Shown here: positions 1-7,847 of the stretch, in pieces
Layout: every line of letters begins with the position of its first letter
Numbering within the stretch: position 1 is the first letter of the stretch
Source: Terrimicrobiaceae bacterium
GTDB taxonomy: Bacteria > Verrucomicrobiota > Verrucomicrobiia > Chthoniobacterales > Terrimicrobiaceae
Length of the DNA stretch: 64,000 nt
Assembly: GCA_041752695.1 (NCBI GenBank)
Contig: JBGSVZ010000016.1
Span: 1 to 64,000 of the forward strand
Reading direction: 5' to 3'
Notes under the pieces: generated by a model
What the model was told of the DNA's origin: nothing
What the model saw: the letters and a program-made list of their open reading frames with translations, nothing else
Databases searched by the model: none
Position numbers and translations under genes: made by a program

Positions 1-105
1 CTCTCCGCCTCACCCAGCGCACCGTCAAATTCTTGCGCTGGTTGCGCGCCTCGCTCACCCGCGAGGCTCCCTGGCTCACTCTTATCGCTTCCCTTAGGCA
101 TTCTT

Positions 106-3088
106 ATGCTTCCATTTAGCTTCTTCTTTCAACACCGTTGCTCTAAACGTTTTCACCAGAACCTGCTGCGTAGCTGCCGCGCTCGTCGCTCTTACTTCCG
201 GCGCCCAAGCGCAAACTTGGAACGGTTCTTCGAGCAGCGACTGGGCGACGCCCGCGAACTGGAGTGCCGCTCTTCCTGCGTCCGGCAACTCGCTGATTTT
301 CACCTCTGGAACTGGCGCCGGCGGACTGAATCTTAATAATAACCTCACAACGGGCCCTGGATGGACAGTTCCCAACATCACCTTCGCGAACGGTGCGGCC
401 GCATTTGTCATCGGCGATGGGACAACGGCCTCAGATCCCGTTGCGGGAAAAGGCAATTCTTTCACTCTTGGGGGAGCAGGCATTGTTAATAATAGTGTGT
501 CTACGCAGACTGTTAATAGTGCCATTGTGGTCAGCGCAACGACTTCCGTTTCCGGCACCCTCGGCAGCGGCACGGTGGTTCTTGGAGGGCCGGTCAGCGG
601 GGCGGGTGCCCTGTCGGTTTCTTCCGGGGCGACTTTAGCTGGCAAACTGACTCTGTCTGGAAGTAACTCGTTTACTGGCGGCATCATTGTCGGGCAGAAC
701 AATGGGTTTGCTGCAGCATTAAACATCAATAACGCGGCGGCGTTGGGCTCGGGCACCCTGGCTTTGACGAATGGTGCGGTAATCAATAACACCAGCGGCA
801 ATGCGATCTCACTGAGCTCTAACAACGCGATTACGTTAGGCACAAATCTGACCTTCGGCGGCTCGCAAGATCTGACTTTTGGATCCGGAACCGTCACTTC
901 ATTGGGTTCGGTGATTAATATGGGAGGAACGGGAAGTTCCCTCACCTTCGGGGGCCAACTCAGCAACAGCGGACAAACCACCTATTCCGCCAACGGTCCT
1001 GGCAACACGGTTGCCTTCAACGGTGTCACTCTCAACAATACGGTCGATACGGTGGCCCGAGCGGTGACGTTCGCAGGCTCCGGGAACGTGAACTTAACCG
1101 GCGGTGTCGTGGATGGAAATGCGTTCGCGAATGTTTTGGCCTACAACGGATCGGGCATCATGACTTTGGCGGGGGCCAATTCGTTCACCGGGGCACTTCG
1201 GGTCAATTTCGGGACGGTCAAGATTGACGCGAACACCGCCACCTTCGCCTCCGCCAATGCGGTGAGCGTTGGCACCGGGGGTTCTAAACTGGAATACGAT
1301 AATACCACCTCGACGGGCGCAAGGAGCCTGACGCTGGGGACGCTAACCCCTGGCAGTGGGATTCCGGGCGAATTCACGGTGCAGTCAACCCGGACGGCCG
1401 CGCAGACCATGACTCTCACGTTTGGCTCCGGCGGAACGTTCGGACCTGGGGCGGGTGCGGGCTTTAATTTTGTGACCGTCGGAGGAGTAAACGGGACGGA
1501 CAACAGTATCAGGCTCTCGGGGATCACCTCGGCGGGGTTCCTGAGTGGGAGAACCTATTACAATGGAGCCGACTTTGCCGCCATGAGTGCTCCCGGAGGA
1601 TCCGGGGGATTTGTCCGTGCCCTGGCCTACGGTACAGACGCTAACACCGTCGCGGTTAATACCATCACGGCCGGAAGACACGTGAAGCTCACCTCGACTC
1701 AGGCTGCGCAAAACACAATCAGCCTCCTGACGCTGAATCTTTCCGGCAACACGGATTTCTCCCTGAATAGTGCGCAGACCGTTACGCTGACCCAATTTGG
1801 TCTTCTCAAATCCGGAACCGGATCGAGTACCATCAGCGGTGGAGCCGGATTTAGCCAAGGGACCAATGAACTGTCAGTTCGCACGGATACGGCGAGTGAT
1901 CTTCTCACCATCTCCAATGTGATCAATTCGACGGCCACCACCGCTTTGACCAAGTCCGGGGCGGGAACTCTGGTTTTGACGGGCACGAACAGCTTTGGGT
2001 CTGGTGCGGCCGTTAATATTACCAATGGTGCCTTGAGGGCGACTGATGGGGTCGGTTTGACAGCAACTTCGATTCTCCAGCTCCGCGGTGGCGTCTTTGA
2101 AAGCAACGGCACCTTCAATCGCACGGTAGGGACGGCAGCAGGCAACGTGAACTGGTCCACTGCCAGTGGAGGGTTTGCCGCCAACGGCGGGGCACTGAAC
2201 GTCCAACTCAATGGCGGCACCGGGAGTGTCACCTGGAATGGATCAAGCATGGTCAGCGACGGTCGCGAGTTGATCTTCGGATCCGCGACCGCTGACAACG
2301 TGGTCGATTTCCAGAACGGCCTTAATCTCGGCAGCGGAGGGGTGCAACCCCGCGTCATCCGGGTCCTGGACAATACCAACTCGACCGCCGATAGGGCCCG
2401 GATCTCGGGGGCAATCACCAACACGACCGCCGGCATGAGTATCGTCAAGGAAGGCGCCGGCATCTTGGAGCTAACGTCGAACTCGAACACCTATTCTGGC
2501 GGCACGGTGGTCAATGCGGGCACTCTGCTGGTAAACAATACTCTGGGTTCGGCCACAGGCACGGGTGCAGTCACGGTGAACGCGGGGACAATCCTCGGGG
2601 GCACGGGGAGCATCAGCGGAGCCACCACGATCGCCGGTTCGCTTCGTCCGGGCAATAGTATCGGCACCCTGACAGTCGCCAATGACGTGACTTGGGATGC
2701 CGGGAATGCTTGGGTCTTCGAACTCGGTACTTCGGCAGCCACTTTGGGTGACGCCAACACAGGCTCGAGTACGCAGGACCTTCTCAACATTACCGGAGGT
2801 AGCAGCGACTTCCTGATGGGGAGTGGCAGCACCTGGACATTTGATTTCTCCGGTGGCGGAACCGCAGGTTGGTACAAGGTCGTTGATTGGTCGGGCACGA
2901 CGGATTTTACGAGCGGCTTGAACACCCAGTTTGTTGCGACGAATCTTGGGGTTGGTCTCACCGGGCAATTCACGGTCGACACCGCGACTTCCGCACTCTA
3001 CCTGAATGTGGTTCCTGAGCCAGGCACCTGCGTGCTGCTGCTCGGAGCTGTTGGGATGCTTATGCTTGCGCGACGTCGCCGGGTATAG
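106..3088 (+). CDS. PEP-CTERM-anchored surface protein with autotransporter-associated beta-strand repeats (5' end appears frameshifted; ORF track starts it at 497)
   Basis: Gly/Thr/Asn/Ser-rich, with repeats such as LTKSGAGTLVLTGTNSF and IVKEGAGILELTSNSNTYSGGTVVNAGTL. C-terminus VPEPGTCVLLLGAVGMLMLARRRRV is a PEP-CTERM signal. The frame is open from 98 and encodes a signal peptide (CCVAAALVALTSGAQA/QTW), but the nearest ATG (106) is in another frame. Confidence 0.9.
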
Positions 3089-3229
3089 CGTAAGCAGGAT
3101 CTGGTGATCTTTCGCGGCCCCCCGGGAGGGGAGCCCCATGGGGGACCCAAAAAACGAACGCCGTGTGTTCCCTCGGACCACGGCTTATCGCTTTGTAGGG
3201 TTGGCCCGCCAGCAGAAATGCGGGGAGAT

Positions 3230-4219
3230 CTATCTGGCGCCCACGGGCCCGGCCGCAATCGCCTCGCGTTGGAATTGGCCGGGCGTCTTGCCGGTGAGAC
3301 GGCGGAAGGCTTTGCTGAAATGGACGCGGTCGGTGAAGCCTGACATTTCCGCGGCGGTGCCGACATCAATTTTAGGATTTCCCAGGAGGCGTTTGGCCCG
3401 ATCAATGCGGATCTGCTGAACGTATTGACTGAGATCGACCCCGGTGTGCTTCTTGAATTTCCGGCTGAGGAAGTCGGGATGGCACTTAAGGTGTCCTGCG
3501 ATGTCCTTGACGATGAACGATTCATCGATGTGTGAGGCGACATATTTCATGGAAGCCCTGACCACATAAGGAAGCATCTGGGGATCCATGTAGGGGTATT
3601 TGAGTTCGCGCGTGCGATAGCCCTCCGTTCTGAGGCCGGAAACTTTGCAAAAGTAATGCGCGATTCGGACGATCGAACGGAGCGCCTCGCGGTGTCGGGG
3701 GATCGATTCCTCGTCGATCGAGGGCACGGAGGCGAGTTCTTCAAGGTAAAAATCCGGGACTTGGGAGCGTCGCCGGCAATAAGAGCGGATTTTTTTCTTG
3801 GCCAGCGCATCGCGGCCTCGCACTCGGACAGAGCCGTAGTAGAAAACCCCCAACACACGCCCCTCGTAAATCAGAGGTTCCGCCATGTCAAAAAGGCCGA
3901 GGTGGCAGTGCCCTTCCAATCCCGCCTTGCGACGAATGACGAGACGGTTCACCACCAGTTTGTTTAAAACGCAGTCGAGGTCCCCGCGCGGATGCCGCTT
4001 GGCAAAGACGCAAAATTCGCAGACGTGTGCCTGGTGCGGCCAGTCGAGTCTCATCGGCTCTACGTCCACATGAAATCCGCTGTCAAAACCCGTGAGATCA
4101 TCAAAGCTCATGTGCATTCCTGTCTCCCGCTCCAATGCGACCATGAGCGACTGAAGGAGCGAAAATTCCGGAGACATTCCGTGGGTCGGGTCGACAGCGA
4201 TAGGGGAGGGGGATTTCAT
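3230..4219 (-). CDS. AraC-family transcriptional regulator with N-terminal PocR-like sensor domain
   Basis: C-terminal AraC HTH (IAGHLKCHPDFLSRKFKKHTG...AEMSGFTDRVHFSKAFRRLTGKTPGQF). N-terminal CEFC...C...CHLGLFDMAEPLIYEGRVLG fits the PocR Cys pattern. Start uncertain (4240/4219/4177). Confidence 0.85.
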   Translation of the reverse strand: MKSPSPIAVDPTHGMSPEFSLLQSLMVALERETGMHMSFDDLTGFDSGFHVDVEPMRLDWPHQAHVCEFCVFAKRHPRGDLDCVLNKLVVNRLVIRRKAGLEGHCHLGLFDMAEPLIYEGRVLGVFYYGSVRVRGRDALAKKKIRSYCRRRSQVPDFYLEELASVPSIDEESIPRHREALRSIVRIAHYFCKVSGLRTEGYRTRELKYPYMDPQMLPYVVRASMKYVASHIDESFIVKDIAGHLKCHPDFLSRKFKKHTGVDLSQYVQQIRIDRAKRLLGNPKIDVGTAAEMSGFTDRVHFSKAFRRLTGKTPGQFQREAIAAGPVGAR

Positions 4220-4320
4220 CGGGAAATCGGGAAACAACACAATTGCAGTCAGGGATTAACTCACTGCCTCTCAACCGTGAAGTTAGATTACTGGGAGTTA
4301 AGCCCCCCCGCAAACTCTTT

Positions 4321-5772
4321 ATGAAAAATTCCCCCCCGACGGCGAACACCAGACTTGAGCGGCGCACTGGCGGACCGCGCAGCGAGATGGTGCTGTCGGC
4401 CCGCAATCTTCCTCTGGACGATTCCTGGGATGTCATTGTGATCGGTGGTGGTCCATCCGGATCCACGGCCGCGGCGGCTGCGGCCCGGGAAGGTGCCCGC
4501 ACCCTTCTTATTGAGACAACCGCCAGTCTTGGTGGGTCTGGCACCATTGCTCTCGTTCCCGCTTGGTGCCCCTTCTCCGACAAGCAGAAGATCATTTACC
4601 GCGGCCTTGCCGAAAAAGTGTTCGACGCTGCGAAGGCAGGCATGGCTCATGTCGGAAAAGACGATCTCGATTGGGTGCCAATCGACGCCGAGCGCCTGAA
4701 GCGCGTTTATGACGATCTCGTCTCCGGCTTTGGGGTGACGGTCAAATTTCAGACTTTCCTCGCCGCAGTGGAAACGGACGATGAAGGTGGTGTCACCTCC
4801 ATCATTGTGGCGAACAAGCAGAGCCTATCAGCGCTCCGGGCCAAGGTCTATGTGGACTGCACCGGTGATGCCGATCTTTGCGCCTGGGCGGGGGCGGATT
4901 TTCACAAGGGCGACAAAATGGGGCAACTCCAACCGGGAACGCATTGCTTCCTCCTGACCAACGTTGATGAGGACGCCTACCGGAATGGCCCCGACCTTGG
5001 ATGGTGGGACCCCCAAAGCCCGATTCATCAAATCATCGCTTCCGGGCGATACCCCCAGATCCCCGACCGGCACATGAACTCGAATATCGTCGGACCGGGC
5101 ACCGTTGGGTTTAACGCCGGTCACGTCTGGGATGTGGATAACACAGACCCCGATTCTGTCTCCCTTGCCCTTATGAAGGGCCGCAAGCTCGCGTTAGCCT
5201 ACCGGGATGCCCTGGCGGAGTTTCACCCGGCGGCTTTCGGGAAGGCCTTCCTCGTCTCGACCGGATCGGTGCTTGGCATCCGGGAAACCCGGCGCATTGT
5301 GGGAGACTACGTGCTGTGTGCGGATGACTATACGAGGCGCAGGAGCTTCCCGGACGAGATCTGCCGGAACAGCTATTTTATTGATCTGCACCTCACGAAG
5401 GAGGAGGCCAAGTCGGATGGCGAGCTGGAAATGGCCCTGCGTTTCAGTCACTACGGGCCCGGAGAGTCGCACGGCATTCCCTATCGTTGCCTGACGCCGC
5501 GCGGCCTTCGCAATGTTCTTGTCGCCGGGCGCTCAATTTCCTGCGACCGCACGGTGCAAGGCAGTGTGCGTGTCATGCCGGTCTGCCTCGCCATGGGGGA
5601 AGCCGCGGGGATGGCTGCCGCCCACGCTGCCAGGGTACCCGGACATGACGTCCACGCGACGGACGTCGACTTCCTTCGGGAGCGTCTTCGCGCAGAAGGC
5701 GCGTTTTTGCCGCCCCTCGAAGAACAGACGGCGGAATCCACAAAACAGGGCGAACCGGTCGAAAGTTTTTAG
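4321..5772 (+). CDS. FAD-dependent oxidoreductase (FAD_oxidored family)
   Basis: DVIVIGGGPSGSTAAAAAAREG dinucleotide motif, YVDCTGDADL, RETRRIVG, IPYRCLTP and NVLVAGRSIS...RVMPVCLAMGEAAG. Confidence 0.88.
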   Translation: MKNSPPTANTRLERRTGGPRSEMVLSARNLPLDDSWDVIVIGGGPSGSTAAAAAAREGARTLLIETTASLGGSGTIALVPAWCPFSDKQKIIYRGLAEKVFDAAKAGMAHVGKDDLDWVPIDAERLKRVYDDLVSGFGVTVKFQTFLAAVETDDEGGVTSIIVANKQSLSALRAKVYVDCTGDADLCAWAGADFHKGDKMGQLQPGTHCFLLTNVDEDAYRNGPDLGWWDPQSPIHQIIASGRYPQIPDRHMNSNIVGPGTVGFNAGHVWDVDNTDPDSVSLALMKGRKLALAYRDALAEFHPAAFGKAFLVSTGSVLGIRETRRIVGDYVLCADDYTRRRSFPDEICRNSYFIDLHLTKEEAKSDGELEMALRFSHYGPGESHGIPYRCLTPRGLRNVLVAGRSISCDRTVQGSVRVMPVCLAMGEAAGMAAAHAARVPGHDVHATDVDFLRERLRAEGAFLPPLEEQTAESTKQGEPVESF

Positions 5773-5792
5773 CCTCTGCCGGATGAATTATT

Positions 5793-6428
5793 ATGGTGCT
5801 TCCCCCTCCGCATCGCTCCCGTCCCATTGTTGCGTTCTCCTTGGTTGAGTTGTTGGTCGTCATTGCTCTGCTGGGCATCATGGCGGTTCTCATCGTCCCG
5901 GCGTTTAATAATCTCGGAAAATCCCAAATCCTCACAGCCGAGGGCAATAAGTTAGTGAATCTGATCAATCTCGCGGCGCAAAATTCTTCCGCAAAGAATG
6001 CCATGACCGCTCTTATTGCTGTCCCTGGGAGTTCCACGAATTCGGTCGGGTTCTCCCTTTTTGAGTATGTCCCCGAGGGCACGGGATGGAAGCAAGTTTC
6101 CAAATGGGAGACTCTTAAGGATGGCATTGTTGCCTACTATCCCAACGCGTCCTACAAGTTTACGGACTACCCGGCCACCCCACCGCCGATCCAGGATTTT
6201 CCCACGATCAGCTACCGCAACACTCCCGTTTCCGCTTTTCAATATTTGATCTTCCTGCCCAGCCGAAGTCTCCTGCAGAATACTTCGGCGCAGTTTCAAT
6301 TGGCCGAGGGATTCACCCCGGGAGGTGCCATTAGTTTTACGCGACCCCTCCCGGCGGGGGGACCGGCGAATTTTTACACCGTCACCGTGCTGGGAACAAC
6401 CGGTCGGGCGAAAATCGACCGGCAATGA
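5793..6428 (+). CDS. Prepilin-type protein, Verru_Chthon cassette protein D-like (FimT/GspH-like)
   Basis: Class III signal A|FSLVELLVVIALLGIMAVLIVPAF. C-terminal NFYTVTVLGTTGRAKIDR. Confidence 0.8.
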   Translation: MVLPPPHRSRPIVAFSLVELLVVIALLGIMAVLIVPAFNNLGKSQILTAEGNKLVNLINLAAQNSSAKNAMTALIAVPGSSTNSVGFSLFEYVPEGTGWKQVSKWETLKDGIVAYYPNASYKFTDYPATPPPIQDFPTISYRNTPVSAFQYLIFLPSRSLLQNTSAQFQLAEGFTPGGAISFTRPLPAGGPANFYTVTVLGTTGRAKIDRQ

Positions 6429-6913
6429 AAACGGCTTCCCCATCACCAGGAAGATTGGGCGCGTTCTCGCTGGTGGAGATCGCTCTGGCCCTTGGCATCG
6501 TCTCGTTTGCTCTCGCGGGCATCGTCGGTCTGCTCTCGGCCACCCTGCAGACCAGCCGGTCTTCGATGGATGATCTTCTCGTCTCGGAAATGACCAGCAA
6601 CTTTGTCAATTCGATCCGAAAGCAAGATTTCACCAACATATCTTCCAATCCCACCAATGTCTTTTTCGATATGTCCGGAAAGATGATTAATGGGATGGAT
6701 ACGAGCACCGGGCTCATCAGCAACGTCACTGCCCCGACGGCGGTCGCGCAGGGAGCTGTTTACGTTTGCACGGCTCAGGTCACTTCCGACGCAGCTTTGG
6801 AAGCCGATGGCGCCCCCAACCTGTGGAACATTCGCCTGATGTTCCAGTGGCCAGCCGGAACGCCTTCCACGAATAGTCAAAAAATCATTCATGCCTTCAT
6901 TGCCAGATACTGA
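6425..6913 (+). CDS. Prepilin-type protein, Verru_Chthon cassette protein B-like
   Basis: A|FSLVEIALALGIVSFALAGIVGLL. ATGA overlap with the upstream gene. Confidence 0.82.
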   Translation: MKTASPSPGRLGAFSLVEIALALGIVSFALAGIVGLLSATLQTSRSSMDDLLVSEMTSNFVNSIRKQDFTNISSNPTNVFFDMSGKMINGMDTSTGLISNVTAPTAVAQGAVYVCTAQVTSDAALEADGAPNLWNIRLMFQWPAGTPSTNSQKIIHAFIARY

Positions 6914-7847
6914 CCTGTTATCCGGCCCCCCCGGCGTTGGATCCCCCCGGTCCCGGTGCCAGTCCGGGTTCACCCTGGTTGAGCTGCTGGTGAGTATGGC
7001 GATCCTTATCCTGCTCGTTGCCATTCTCGCGGGAGTCTTCAGTAGCGTCAGCAAAACATCGCAACTTGGATACGCCAATAACGAGCGGATGCAGAATATC
7101 CTGGCCATCACCGATTTTATCCGGGCTGACCTCAGTGCAGCCCTCCTTCCAGTCAACCGGACCGACACGAACAATCTTCAGTTTGTGGTGAATCCAGGCT
7201 CGCTGGGCACCGGGGTGAAGAACCCACACGCTGTCTTCTGGCAATCTCCCAACGCGGCGGACCAAACCCTCGGTGACGTGGCCGAGGTGGGGTATTTCGT
7301 CAGGTGGAACACGGACAACGCCGCCAACCCCAGACCTTATCTGTGCCGCTTCTCCGTGGCAAATGCCGTCACAGGAACCAATTTTCTGATCTATTCGGCT
7401 CCTGCCGCCTGGTTGACCGACGTTATTGTTGACGCGGTGGCTCCTGCCAACGCTACGGCTGCTTATGAAGGGCTGATTGCCGAGAACGTGGTGGCACTTT
7501 TCGTGCAATGCCTCGATAGGCGCGGCCAGCTAATTACGAAAAACGCGACAGGGGGGGGCTTCACCAACGCGCTGTTTGATTCCCGGCAGGGATTCGTGGA
7601 TTCCGCGGTTCCGGCCACCACCAATTCCGCCTGTGCCCTTCCGCCCGTCGTCCGGCTGGGCTTTGTGCTCCTGGACGCGAGTTCCGCCAACCGGATCGGG
7701 AGCGCCGAGCGGGCCGCCCTGACCTCCATCGGTGCAACGGATGCTGCCGATTACGTTTCCCAAGCCCTGGCGAGGACCGACCTCAAAGGCATCGCCCAGG
7801 GCCTTCGGCCCTATCAGATCGAGGTCAATCTTTTCAACGCCCGATGA
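6891..7847 (+). CDS. Prepilin-type protein, Verru_Chthon cassette protein C-like (PilW/GspJ-like)
   Basis: G|FTLVELLVSMAILILLVAIL. Internal HAVFWQ...EVGYFVRW, LIAENVV and LPPVVRLGFVLLD motifs. Confidence 0.82.
   Translation: MPSLPDTDLLSGPPGVGSPRSRCQSGFTLVELLVSMAILILLVAILAGVFSSVSKTSQLGYANNERMQNILAITDFIRADLSAALLPVNRTDTNNLQFVVNPGSLGTGVKNPHAVFWQSPNAADQTLGDVAEVGYFVRWNTDNAANPRPYLCRFSVANAVTGTNFLIYSAPAAWLTDVIVDAVAPANATAAYEGLIAENVVALFVQCLDRRGQLITKNATGGGFTNALFDSRQGFVDSAVPATTNSACALPPVVRLGFVLLDASSANRIGSAERAALTSIGATDAADYVSQALARTDLKGIAQGLRPYQIEVNLFNAR

Noticed and set aside
106..336. 76-aa ORF as an independent small gene
   Set aside because: It overlaps the clearly protein-like frame-2 sequence. Only its first ~16 codons make sense, as the displaced start of the PEP-CTERM gene.
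94..2982. Long minus-strand ORFs (94-981, 1699-2490, 2491-2982) opposite the PEP-CTERM gene
   Set aside because: Antisense shadows of a Gly/Thr/Asn-rich repeat gene, with no motifs of their own.
3113..3154. GC-rich palindromes between the converging PEP-CTERM and AraC genes as an intrinsic terminator
   Set aside because: The stems are imperfect and the A/T-run is on the wrong side for either strand, so it cannot be called confidently.
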